From positions 2,781 through 66,780 of the forward strand of contig BDTM01000128.1 in NCBI GenBank assembly GCA_002898015.1: a DNA stretch of 64,000 nt, written 5' to 3'. A program made the position numbers and the translations under genes. The notes under the pieces are model-generated. The model made no database searches, had not been told where the DNA came from, and saw nothing but the letters and a program-made list of their open reading frames with translations. Shown here piece after piece: positions 38,603-48,084 of the stretch. This stretch comes from a bacterium BMS3Bbin03 (GTDB taxonomy: Bacteria; Zhuqueibacterota; JdFR-76; BMS3Abin05). Numbering within the stretch: the stretch's first letter is position 1; each line of letters begins with the position of its first letter.

Positions 38603-38631
38603 AAAATAATGAATTATCTTTCCCCATGCAA
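38603..38631 (-). promoter_or_regulatory. sigma70 promoter for the hemX-like/activator pair
   Basis: TTGCAT-17nt-TATTTT on the minus strand. Confidence 0.5.
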
Positions 38632-38714
38632 TAAAAAAGGTGAAGATTAAAGAATCTTCACCTTTTCCGGCACCGTTCGCCCGTCATCGGAAGCGATTTA
38701 AAGCGGGTGCCGGT

Positions 38715-40304
38715 CTAAAAAAGCCTCTCAAAGAAATTCCAGTGCCGCAGCGTCTCGGTTTTATTCTGTTCAAAAAGAGACAGCGCTTCCGGAACGTGAT
38801 TCAAAATATCGCCTGCAATCATGCCTCTTTGTCCCAATTTTTGAGCCGCCAGATCGCCTGCCATTCCGTGCGCAAAGGCACCGGAAACGGCGGCCTGCAT
38901 TCCCGTCATGCCCTGTGCCAGAAATCCCGCAATCAGACCCGTCAGGACATCGCCGGAGCCGGCTGTGGCCATGCCGGCGTTTCCGCTGGGATTAAAATAG
39001 GCGTTCCCATCCGGATCGGCCACAACGGTCGGAGCGCCCTTTAACAGAATCACACAATGGAGCTTTTGCGCCCACTTCCGGACGATTTCCACACGATTGG
39101 CCAGAATGTCTTTTTGTGAAACACCGGTCAGGCGTGAAAGTTCTCCGACGTGAGGCGTGAAAACAAGATCGGCAGGGTAATTTTTGATTAAATCAAATTG
39201 ACCGGCGAGATTGTTGATTCCATCCGCATCGATGACGATGGGTTTGTCCACCTTTTGTAAAAAAGCCCGTACAAATGCCTGGGTTTCCGGATGTGTGGAC
39301 AATCCCGGGCCCAGAGCCAGCACATGGCTCCACTTCAGCCAGCGGTCGATTTCATGGATCGCCCGGGAATGAATGCTGCCGGATTCCGTCTCCGGCAGGG
39401 GCGCCGTCATGACTTCGGTGATCTTCTCTTCAAAAACGGGATTAAACCGTTCGGGAATGCCCAGAACCACCATGCCTGCACCGCTCCGGAGAGCACTCAA
39501 AGAAGCCATTGCGGCCGCTCCGGTTAAACCGGTGGAACCGGCGATAATCAGCACTTTTCCGAAGGTGTTTTTGTAAGCATCCGCCGGACGGTGCGGGAGA
39601 AAAGCCGCAAGGTCTTCCGGCTGTACAAGATATTTACGGGGATTCACCTTTTCAAGAATGAACGAAGGCGTATTCAGATCGGCCACAAAAAGTGCGCCCT
39701 GGCGGCTGCGCGCCGGGTAAAAAAGCTGTCCCGTTTTAATGTTTCCCATTGTAACGGTAAAGTCCGCCTGCACGGCAGCGCCGGCCGTTTCTCCCGTGTC
39801 GCAGTTCACGCCGGACGGCGTATCCACTGCCGCAACGGGGACCTCCTGTGCATTGATCCACTCGATAATTTCCCGGTAAAGTCCACTGACCTCCCCGCGA
39901 ATGCCCGTGCCTAAAAGCGCATCCACGATCAATGCCGGCGTGTGGGAAGGCCGAAGTTCATCGGCGGATCGAATGTCGCGAATGGGAAGCCGCAGCTTCT
40001 CGGCGATCAGGCGGTTGGCGGCCGCTTCTCCCTTTAAATCTTCCCGGGCGGCAGTGGAAAAAAATTCAACACGGGCGCCCATCCGGCTTAAGTGACGGCC
40101 AACCACGAAACCGTCGCCGCCGTTGTTTCCTTTGCCGCAAATAATGCAGATGAGCTTTCCGGAAACCGTATTCAATTTTTGACGGATGGTTTGAGCCATT
40201 TTCAGGCCGGCATTTTCCATCAACAAAATGGCCGGTATTTCTAACGCCGTCACGGACAATTTGTCCACGGCGCGCATTTCCTGAACACTTACCAGAGGTT
40301 CCAC
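38715..40304 (-). CDS. nnr: Bifunctional NAD(P)HX epimerase/dehydratase
   Basis: LMENAG, GKGNNGGDG, DALLGTG, GPGL, DADG, TPHVGE, LKGA, ATAGSGDVL. Confidence 0.95.
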   Translation of the reverse strand: MEPLVSVQEMRAVDKLSVTALEIPAILLMENAGLKMAQTIRQKLNTVSGKLICIICGKGNNGGDGFVVGRHLSRMGARVEFFSTAAREDLKGEAAANRLIAEKLRLPIRDIRSADELRPSHTPALIVDALLGTGIRGEVSGLYREIIEWINAQEVPVAAVDTPSGVNCDTGETAGAAVQADFTVTMGNIKTGQLFYPARSRQGALFVADLNTPSFILEKVNPRKYLVQPEDLAAFLPHRPADAYKNTFGKVLIIAGSTGLTGAAAMASLSALRSGAGMVVLGIPERFNPVFEEKITEVMTAPLPETESGSIHSRAIHEIDRWLKWSHVLALGPGLSTHPETQAFVRAFLQKVDKPIVIDADGINNLAGQFDLIKNYPADLVFTPHVGELSRLTGVSQKDILANRVEIVRKWAQKLHCVILLKGAPTVVADPDGNAYFNPSGNAGMATAGSGDVLTGLIAGFLAQGMTGMQAAVSGAFAHGMAGDLAAQKLGQRGMIAGDILNHVPEALSLFEQNKTETLRHWNFFERLF

Positions 40305-40320
40305 GGTGATCCTCTCAAGT

Positions 40321-40737
40321 TTAGTCTTTCGTTTCGATCAAAACAACCGCCACGGCAACTGTGCTTTCATGCGACAAACTGACATGAAAACGCCAATGGG
40401 CTGTTTCATTTTTGAGACGGTTCGAAAACTGCAAAACGGGAACGTCATCCTTTGAATGCGCCACCCAGACGTCTTTCCAGTTTAAAAATAAATTTTTACC
40501 GGCCGCCGTGAGCGCTTTTTTAAAAGCCTCTTTTGCCGCAAACCGGACGGCAAAGGATTGAAAAACAGCCGATCCTGTTTTGGATGTGCAGTACTCAATT
40601 TCAGCATCCGTAAAAATTTTATTCCCGAAATGAAGCGGCCACTTCTCCGAAAGCTTCCGAATGCGCTGCACCGAAACAATGTCAACGCCAATGCCTGCAA
40701 CCATAATTCCCGGCTTTTTGATTTTGTGGGTACTCAT
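40321..40737 (-). CDS. acpS: Holo-ACP synthase
   Basis: GIGVDIV, RFAAKEAFKKA, VSLSHE. Confidence 0.93.
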   Translation of the reverse strand: MSTHKIKKPGIMVAGIGVDIVSVQRIRKLSEKWPLHFGNKIFTDAEIEYCTSKTGSAVFQSFAVRFAAKEAFKKALTAAGKNLFLNWKDVWVAHSKDDVPVLQFSNRLKNETAHWRFHVSLSHESTVAVAVVLIETKD

Positions 40738-40837
40738 AATTTAGCCAAATAATTGTACTTAATTATACACAAAAATAGGAAAGTTTTCAATAAATTTTAT
40801 CTTGACTCTTTTAAGAATTTGGATTAATTTGATAGAT

Positions 40838-41407
40838 ATGAATGCATCGGATAAACAATTGATTCAATTGGCAATCGAAGGCAATCAGAAAGCTTACGAA
40901 GAACTTCTCCGGAAATATCACGGCGTGATTTATCACTTGATTTATAAAATGGTGGGGAATAAGGAGGAAACGGAGGATCTGGTTCAGGAAACATTTGTGA
41001 AAGCCTTTCATTCCCTGAAGTCCTTTAAAGAAGAATTTGCCTTTTCAACCTGGCTGTACAAAATTGCCACCAATCATACCATCGATCTTCTCCGAAAGAA
41101 AAAGTTGCAGACCTACTCGCTGGATGAGCCCGTGAAAATAAAAGAAGGCGAAGTGAACCGGGAATATCCGGATGAGAATTACAGTCCCGAAAAAGTCCTG
41201 TTAAGCGGTGAAACAACCGAAATTATTTTAAGATCGATCGAGGCGCTGCCCGAAAAGTACCGCAGGGTCATCAATCTCCGGCACAAAGAGGACAAATCCT
41301 ACGAAGACATCAGTGCGTTCCTGCAGGTACCCGTCGGCACTGTAAAAGCCCGGCTTTTCCGGGCAAGGGAACTTCTGAAAAAGGAACTGAAGAAATCCGG
41401 ATTGTAA
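40838..41407 (+). CDS. Orphan ECF sigma factor (SigW/RpoE-like)
   Basis: EDLVQETFVKAF, FSTWLYKIA, SYEDIS..PVGTVKARLFRAR; probable ATG at 40838. Confidence 0.9.
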   Translation: MNASDKQLIQLAIEGNQKAYEELLRKYHGVIYHLIYKMVGNKEETEDLVQETFVKAFHSLKSFKEEFAFSTWLYKIATNHTIDLLRKKKLQTYSLDEPVKIKEGEVNREYPDENYSPEKVLLSGETTEIILRSIEALPEKYRRVINLRHKEDKSYEDISAFLQVPVGTVKARLFRARELLKKELKKSGL

Positions 41408-41421
41408 GCCGGTCCCGCCGT

Positions 41422-44031
41422 TTATCTTTGCCATCTCATAAACGAACCCAAATAGCCCGCCCGGCCGGTTCGCTTTTCCAATTTTAATTCCCGCAGCAAT
41501 GACGACTTAATGTTAATCCTTAAATAAAAGTGCCTGTAAGGGCCGGTGGGGTACCACACAATGCGGGCTTCCCAACAGTGCAGGTCTCTGTAAATCACAA
41601 TATTTTGAGAGACGATTTTTCGCGATTTCATATCGAACCGGGCCGTATAATTGATTTTCCAGTTTTTGGTGAGCTGAAACGATGAATTCATGTTCAGCCA
41701 GAAGGTCTTTTGCGGCATCAGCGGATTGTATCTGCTGATATTGTACGTCAAAGAAAAGTTGGCGGACCAGGGCAGGTTTGGCCCGCTAAAACCTTCATTC
41801 CCGTTAAAACGATTCAGCGGCGAAAGGGGCGTCACCAGGCCGACATCTTGGGATTGGGCCGTATCGGCTTTGGCGGCGGCTTTTTTTCGTGATTGAAACA
41901 TGCGGCTGTTCAACCGGAAAGATACGCTGCTGTTTAAATTGGTCAATCGCAGAGGAGACCGGAAGTTCGCCGAAGCCAGCCACTTGTTCACAATTCTTCC
42001 GGTCGCCGGGTTTGTCCGGTAAGGGCTGAATCCGGCACTCACAAGTATATTCACGTTGCGGCTGGGCTGCGATCGAAACGAAGACACGACGGGGGAAAGC
42101 CGAAGAGAATCTGCCTTAAAATTGTACCCGCTGGAAAAATTCAGCGTAAACAAATTTACTTTTTTGACTTTTTCATCTTTACCGGTTTTCATCTGAAAAA
42201 TATTGTAAACCGAAAAGCTTGCCGATTCGCTGCCGCCCCTGCCGGTGCCGCCAAACAGGGTATTTCCAAACCGGTCAAAATGATAAATGCGCCCGGCGGT
42301 GTCGACGACTGTTTCATAATAGCCGTACCTGGGATCGGAAAAATCCGGGCGATATTGAAAAGAGAGAGAGGGGGTCATCACATGACGCAGGGCTTTGATC
42401 CCGAATTTGTTTGGAAAAAACATCCCGTAAAGTTTGGTGTTGGCAGAAAAACTGGTGGAATAGGTGCGCCGGGCGGCAAATTTCTTAATCTCCCGGCTCT
42501 CGATTTGATTGGTTTCCGGATTCAAAAAATGTTCCTGCACTTGGTCCGTCCAGACTTCCTGATACGAGAGATTCTGACTGGTGGAAATCCAGCGAAACAC
42601 CTTTTGTGTGCTGTTCGCACTAATCCGGTGCTGAATGCCGATCTGCTGATTTACCTTTTGCGCGGTTTCATTGGGTTTGCTCACATATCTCCGGTTTAAA
42701 AATTGGGAATCGTACGAGAAATAAATGGAATCGTACCAGTGGCGCACTGCGGGTGTGGATTTTTTCCGTCCGGTCCGGGTCTCCGCCGGCGTCCTGCGAA
42801 AGTACTCTGCGATTGGTTTCCTGCCCAGTCGGAAAAACACCTGCGGCAGGACATCCGTTGTCGTCCCTGTGTCAAGATTTTGTGTGCGCGACGCATTCAC
42901 GCTGATACTGCTTCCGGAACGCCGCCAATATTTAGAAAATGTGGCATTTGAGCGGATTTCGCGATTCAGCCGCTGGTTGAGATTGGCGCTAAAATCCCGG
43001 AAGTAGCTTTTGTCGCTTAAAAAAAGGCCGGAGGCATTCAAACTCATGGTGGGGTCAAATGTCTGGTGATGCGAGAATGAAATATCCCACCGGCGCTGTC
43101 TGCCCAGATACGTGGATTTCCGGATAAGGGAGGCCGAAACATGACCGTTCAGGAAGTAGCGCAGCGCGTAATTCATATTGCCGTGGAATAAAAAACCGGC
43201 CTTCTCAAAATAATCCATCGAAAGCATGCCGTCCCAGTACTGGCTCGGTGCCCAGTAGTAACCGATGTCCCGCAAGTAGCGGCCCTCGACGGCACTTTCA
43301 CCGTAGCGGGGCATTAAAAAACCGGAATGACGCCCGCGTTTGTTCGGAAAAATCCCAAACGGCAGGGCTGCAAGCGGAATATGACGAATGTAAAAAATGA
43401 TCGGTTTGGCGATGACCTTGTCGTTAAAGATGAGTTTCATCTTTGCGCTGTAGAAATGATAGTGCGGATTTTTCATCAGATCACAGGTTGTAAATGTGCC
43501 GTCCTTCACAAAATACACGTCGGGGGAGACGCGTTTGATGACGGCACCGGTATAAAAGCCGTCTTCAAAACCCGTCCGCCCGCGAATGATACGCCCCTTT
43601 TGCGTATCAAAATTGTAGGTCATTTCGAAACCGCTCATCTTTTGCGAGCCGTCTGTAAACACAGGAAGTTCTTTAAATCCGGGCACCAAAACCGTATCGG
43701 CCGGATTTTTGGCCGAGACAACTTTTTGCGTGTCGGGAATCCCAGTGGCTTTAAGGGTGCTTTTATTCCAATCGATGGTAATCCGCCCTGCCGTGAGTAC
43801 CATTTTTTGGTACTTTACCCGGGCATTGCCAATGAGGTGGGTTATCTTTTTTTGAGCATTACTGAAAATTTCCTGCGCCTCATATTCGACGGTCGTGTCC
43901 AATTCCGTGGATTTGGAGCGATTTTGCAAAGTGTCTGCGGGGGGCCGTGTTACCTGTGACCGAAGCGGACTGTTAAACACAAACAGCAAAAAAATAATTT
44001 TAGCAAAAAAACGAACTTTTGACTCGGGCAC
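41422..44031 (-). CDS. lptD: LPS-assembly protein LptD (Bacteroidota/FCB type)
   Basis: OstA-like N-domain, FTTCD..PHY, SGFLMPRYGE, GYYWAPS, RDLHCWE. Confidence 0.88.
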   Translation of the reverse strand: MPESKVRFFAKIIFLLFVFNSPLRSQVTRPPADTLQNRSKSTELDTTVEYEAQEIFSNAQKKITHLIGNARVKYQKMVLTAGRITIDWNKSTLKATGIPDTQKVVSAKNPADTVLVPGFKELPVFTDGSQKMSGFEMTYNFDTQKGRIIRGRTGFEDGFYTGAVIKRVSPDVYFVKDGTFTTCDLMKNPHYHFYSAKMKLIFNDKVIAKPIIFYIRHIPLAALPFGIFPNKRGRHSGFLMPRYGESAVEGRYLRDIGYYWAPSQYWDGMLSMDYFEKAGFLFHGNMNYALRYFLNGHVSASLIRKSTYLGRQRRWDISFSHHQTFDPTMSLNASGLFLSDKSYFRDFSANLNQRLNREIRSNATFSKYWRRSGSSISVNASRTQNLDTGTTTDVLPQVFFRLGRKPIAEYFRRTPAETRTGRKKSTPAVRHWYDSIYFSYDSQFLNRRYVSKPNETAQKVNQQIGIQHRISANSTQKVFRWISTSQNLSYQEVWTDQVQEHFLNPETNQIESREIKKFAARRTYSTSFSANTKLYGMFFPNKFGIKALRHVMTPSLSFQYRPDFSDPRYGYYETVVDTAGRIYHFDRFGNTLFGGTGRGGSESASFSVYNIFQMKTGKDEKVKKVNLFTLNFSSGYNFKADSLRLSPVVSSFRSQPSRNVNILVSAGFSPYRTNPATGRIVNKWLASANFRSPLRLTNLNSSVSFRLNSRMFQSRKKAAAKADTAQSQDVGLVTPLSPLNRFNGNEGFSGPNLPWSANFSLTYNISRYNPLMPQKTFWLNMNSSFQLTKNWKINYTARFDMKSRKIVSQNIVIYRDLHCWEARIVWYPTGPYRHFYLRINIKSSLLRELKLEKRTGRAGYLGSFMRWQR

Positions 44032-44046
44032 AATTTTGAGACCTGA

Positions 44047-45030
44047 TCAATTATTTTCAAATACTAAGTGCGCGGCGCCAATCACGCCTGAACGATCACC
44101 CATTTGAGCCTTCACAACTTTCACAAGCTGTCCCGGCAGCGGAAGAGCAAGCCGGCTGATTTTTTGACGAATGGGCTCAAATAAAATTTCACCGGCATTT
44201 GCGATACCGCCGGCAATTACAATTAATTCCAGATTTAGCAGATTCACCACCGAAACAAGCGCGATTCCCAACAATTCTCCCGTTTCACGCAGGGTTTCTT
44301 CCGATAGACGGTCTCCGGCTGCGGCAAGCTGGTTAATTAATTTCGGCGTTATTTCTTCCGCCCGGTCGGTGTACGCTTTGAGAGTGGAATCCGGGTATTT
44401 ATTGAATTTGTTCAGCGCACGCTCAACAATGGACTGCGCTCCCACATACCGTTCGATACAGCCGTAATTTCCGCAGTTGCAGCGGGGTCCCTCGTAATTA
44501 ATCGTTGTGTGGCCGAATTCACCGGCCGCACCCACCGCGCCGTGGTAGAGTTTGCCATTGAGAATGAGACCGCTGCCCACCCCGGTGCCCAGTGTGATGC
44601 AAATGAGATGGTTGGCACCTTTTCCGGCACCGTGCGCTTTTTCGGCGAGAGCCGCCACATTGGCATCATTTTCAACAAAAACCGGCACATTAAATTTACT
44701 CCGGAAACGATCACGAACGGGTTCTTCCTTCCAGCCGGGCAAATTAGGGGGATAAGAGACAATGCCCTTTTCGGTGTAAACCGTCCCCGGGACGCCCACA
44801 CCAATGCCGTTTACGGCATCTTCGCCGACTTTTTCCAAAAGATCGGCAATGCCTTTTTCAATTTGGGAAAAGATAAACTCGGGTCCTGCCTGAGCGTTTG
44901 TGCCTTTATTGAGTTCGAATAAAATATCGCCATTTTCTGAGACCAATCCCATCTTTAGATTTGTGCCACCCAAATCCACGCCGATGGCTATTCCGCTTTT
45001 CATACAGTCAGGAACCTCCTTTTCCGTCAA
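44047..45030 (-). CDS. ROK family sugar kinase (glucokinase)
   Basis: GVDLGGTN, ENDAN, TLGTGVG, GEFGH..CNCGNYGCIE. Confidence 0.9.
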   Translation of the reverse strand: MTEKEVPDCMKSGIAIGVDLGGTNLKMGLVSENGDILFELNKGTNAQAGPEFIFSQIEKGIADLLEKVGEDAVNGIGVGVPGTVYTEKGIVSYPPNLPGWKEEPVRDRFRSKFNVPVFVENDANVAALAEKAHGAGKGANHLICITLGTGVGSGLILNGKLYHGAVGAAGEFGHTTINYEGPRCNCGNYGCIERYVGAQSIVERALNKFNKYPDSTLKAYTDRAEEITPKLINQLAAAGDRLSEETLRETGELLGIALVSVVNLLNLELIVIAGGIANAGEILFEPIRQKISRLALPLPGQLVKVVKAQMGDRSGVIGAAHLVFENN

Positions 45031-46376
45031 GACCCTTTTTCTTTCTGCGATCGCTTCTTCCAGAAATGAAGAAGTCGTTCTTTAATCGTTTTTTCGAATC
45101 CGATTTCAGTCGGGTTGTAGTAAATTGTATCTTTTTTATTTTCAGGAAGATAATTTTGTTCCACAAAATGTTCCGGAAAATCGTGCGGATATTTGTACCC
45201 CTTTGCGTATCCCAATTTTTCCATTAATCCCGTGGGGGCATTGCGAATGTGAAGCGGTACCGGCTCGATCGGCGATTGTTTCACATCGGCCAGAGCCTTT
45301 TCGATGGCTTGATAAGCGGCATTGCTTTTGGGAGCCGATGCCAGATAGGTGGCCATCTGGGATAAAATAATGCGTCCTTCCGGCATGCCGATGACGTTAA
45401 TCGCCTGGAACCCTGCGGTTGCCAGAATGAGCGCCTGCGGGTCGGCATTGCCCACATCTTCGGAGGCCAGAATGACCATGCGCCGGGCAATAAATTTAGG
45501 ATCTTCACCGGCATCGATCATGCGGGCCATCCAGTAAAGAGCGGCATCCGGATCGGAGCCGCGCAGACTTTTTATAAAGGCCGAAATGATGTCATAATGG
45601 TAATCGGCTTTTTTATCATAAAAAAGCGCCCGGCTCTGAAAGGCCTGCTCAATTTGTTCCCGGGAGATCAGAATCTCGTTTGTTTTTGCGGATTGCTGCG
45701 CCATTTTAAAGGCGATTTCAAGCGCGCTCAGGGCGATGCGGGCATCTCCCGAAGAAAAGTGCGTGAGGAACGATTGGGTCTCTTCACTGAGTCGAATTTT
45801 AAACTGGCTTAAAATAACATCTTTTTTAAGCGCCCGATTCACAATCAGTCCAATATATTCCGGCGAGAGAGACTCCAATTTAAAAATACGGCACCGGGAA
45901 AGAAGCGGCGAAATAATTTCAAATGAAGGATTTTCGGTGGTGGCGCCAATCAAATAAATGGTGCCGTCCTCCACGTGGTGCAAAAGGGCGTCCTGCTGGG
46001 CTTTGTTAAAACGATGAATTTCATCGATAAACAGAATGGTTCGCCGGCCATTCAAACGGAGATTCTTTTGCGCCCGTTCAATGGCCTTGCGCACGTCACC
46101 CACCCCGGAAGTGACCGCACTCAGGGCAATAAAATCCGATTTTGTTTTTCCGGCGATAAGCCGCGCCAGGGTTGTTTTTCCCACACCGGGCGGCCCCCAA
46201 AAAATCATGGATAAGAGATCGTCCCGTTCGATGGCCTCCCGCAGTAATTTACCCGGGCCCAGGATGTGTGTCTGGCCGATAAATTCCTCAAGCGTCTTCG
46301 GCCGCACACGGTCCGGCAGCGGGCGAAACGGTTCGGTTTTCTTTTGAAGAGATTTTTCTTCTGAAAATAGATCCAT
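45027..46376 (-). CDS. rarA: Replication-associated recombination protein A
   Basis: GPPGVGKTT, DEIHRFNKAQQD, ATTENPSF, KSLRGSDPDA. Confidence 0.95.
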   Translation of the reverse strand: MDLFSEEKSLQKKTEPFRPLPDRVRPKTLEEFIGQTHILGPGKLLREAIERDDLLSMIFWGPPGVGKTTLARLIAGKTKSDFIALSAVTSGVGDVRKAIERAQKNLRLNGRRTILFIDEIHRFNKAQQDALLHHVEDGTIYLIGATTENPSFEIISPLLSRCRIFKLESLSPEYIGLIVNRALKKDVILSQFKIRLSEETQSFLTHFSSGDARIALSALEIAFKMAQQSAKTNEILISREQIEQAFQSRALFYDKKADYHYDIISAFIKSLRGSDPDAALYWMARMIDAGEDPKFIARRMVILASEDVGNADPQALILATAGFQAINVIGMPEGRIILSQMATYLASAPKSNAAYQAIEKALADVKQSPIEPVPLHIRNAPTGLMEKLGYAKGYKYPHDFPEHFVEQNYLPENKKDTIYYNPTEIGFEKTIKERLLHFWKKRSQKEKGS

Positions 46377-46415
46377 GAAATTTAACGTTTTTTGTGTAAG
46401 AGTTTAAAACTATAT

Positions 46416-46444
46416 AATTTAAGTTAATTTCCCGTGAAAGTCAA
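46416..46444 (-). promoter_or_regulatory. sigma70 promoter of rarA-ROK kinase-lptD
   Basis: TTGACT-17-TAAATT. Confidence 0.5.
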
Positions 46445-46471
46445 GGCATAAAAAGCAAGAATAATGGAAAA

Positions 46472-47290
46472 TTAGATTCTGTTCCCGCCGGCTTGCACAA
46501 TAAAAGACCGGATTAAATTTTCCGAGGAGTAATCGCCAAAGGAGATGCGCATTAGAAATGGTATTTTGGGGAAAAGCATCTTTCGGATCGCATGAATTGT
46601 TTTGCCGTTTTTGTGAAGTTCCAGAATTTGCCGCTTTAAACTTTCAAGATTGTGTATTTTTTTGTCCAGTTCTTCCACCGGGTTTAAAATCGGATTCCCG
46701 CTGCCCGGAAAAATGAGTCTCGGCTTTAATGCTCTCAGTTTTTTAAGAGACTGCATCATAAGGCCGATATCACTCTCTTTGTGAAGGACCACATCTTTGC
46801 CGCGGATAAACAAATCACCGGTGAACGCCCAGCCTTTGTCCGGCTCAAAAAGCGTAATATCCGCCGGCGAGTGCCCGGGCAGGTAAACCACTCTGAAGCG
46901 AAATCTCCGGGTTTGAACAAATCTCCCGATCGGCTCGGCGTGACTGGGTCTCGGAACACCCCAGGTCTGACGGCGATAAAACTGTTCATGCAGCCATTTC
47001 GGGTTTTCGATAAGCGGAACGGCCAATGAGAACGCCTGGATCGGAAGCCCGTATTTTTCCTGAAGAACGGCATCGTTTCCAATATGATCTTCATGGGCGT
47101 GTGTATTGACAATCAGGCGGACGCAGTCGAACGGAAGGGCTCTCAAATACGCCTTTTCCAGAACGGCCGGCCCGGTGTCAATAAGCAAGTCATCCACCAG
47201 AAAGCCGGCGGTAAAGTAAATCGGCTTGCCTAAAATAGTGCGCGCCATTCGGACAATCGTGACATCTTCAAGTTGTTTAATCGTGATCAT
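46472..47290 (-). CDS. Metallo-beta-lactamase fold hydrolase
   Basis: THAHEDHIG, PGHS, TGD. Confidence 0.88.
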   Translation of the reverse strand: MITIKQLEDVTIVRMARTILGKPIYFTAGFLVDDLLIDTGPAVLEKAYLRALPFDCVRLIVNTHAHEDHIGNDAVLQEKYGLPIQAFSLAVPLIENPKWLHEQFYRRQTWGVPRPSHAEPIGRFVQTRRFRFRVVYLPGHSPADITLFEPDKGWAFTGDLFIRGKDVVLHKESDIGLMMQSLKKLRALKPRLIFPGSGNPILNPVEELDKKIHNLESLKRQILELHKNGKTIHAIRKMLFPKIPFLMRISFGDYSSENLIRSFIVQAGGNRI

Positions 47291-47329
47291 TTTTATTCGA
47301 ATTAAACTGTCAAAAATTAAAATGACAGA

Positions 47330-48013
47330 TCAATTGGGTTCCGGGACCGGTACCGCACCCTCCTTTTCAAATTTTTTCAGAATCCGCAACACATCCGCAA
47401 AATTCTTGTACACAATGTAATCATACCCATTTTGCCGGCAGTAATCGATTAATTCATCCTTGGCAAAAATGATGTCGGCTTCTTTTACACCGCAGCGGTC
47501 CGAGAGGCCGTCTCCGACGTAAACGAGAACACTCTCACCGTCACGGGCTTTTCGCAAATGGTAGCCCTTGCAATTGGCACAAAAACCGCATGTATGTTCC
47601 CAATACGGAAATTCCGGCCGGATGTGGACGGAATTCACAAAAACCATTTTATTTGAATAGACCGGCAGCCACTGCAAATGTTCCCGTTTCAGGATTTCCG
47701 TGATGTACAGATCCAACCCATCGCTGAGAATTTGAACGGGGTAACCTCTGCGGCGGCAGTAATTTGCAAATTCAGTAAAGGCGGCATCGATCGGATTGCG
47801 GTCGCAAAAGCGCTTAAGGTCTTTTCCGGAAATTGTGGTGGCGGCACATTCCCGCTCCAGGCACTCCCGGGAAGAAATTTTCCCCTCTTTCCACTCCTGA
47901 ACAGCCGCGATCCACTCCTCCGTGGCGAAAGCGCGAAAAAGTTCATTGCCCACATCATTCACGGCGACCGTGCCGTCAAAATCGCAAAAAATATTGAGTT
48001 TCGGTTGATTCAT
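47330..48013 (-). CDS. HAD-IB phosphatase, MtnX-like
   Basis: CDFDGT, SDG, CK, GDGLSD; true start probably ATG 48013. Confidence 0.85.
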   Translation of the reverse strand: MNQPKLNIFCDFDGTVAVNDVGNELFRAFATEEWIAAVQEWKEGKISSRECLERECAATTISGKDLKRFCDRNPIDAAFTEFANYCRRRGYPVQILSDGLDLYITEILKREHLQWLPVYSNKMVFVNSVHIRPEFPYWEHTCGFCANCKGYHLRKARDGESVLVYVGDGLSDRCGVKEADIIFAKDELIDYCRQNGYDYIVYKNFADVLRILKKFEKEGAVPVPEPN

Positions 48014-48084
48014 GTTTCGACGCCTGTACAAAAATGCCCGGCTTTTGGAAAAACAAACCGGGCAAATATCCCTTAGGTCTCCAT

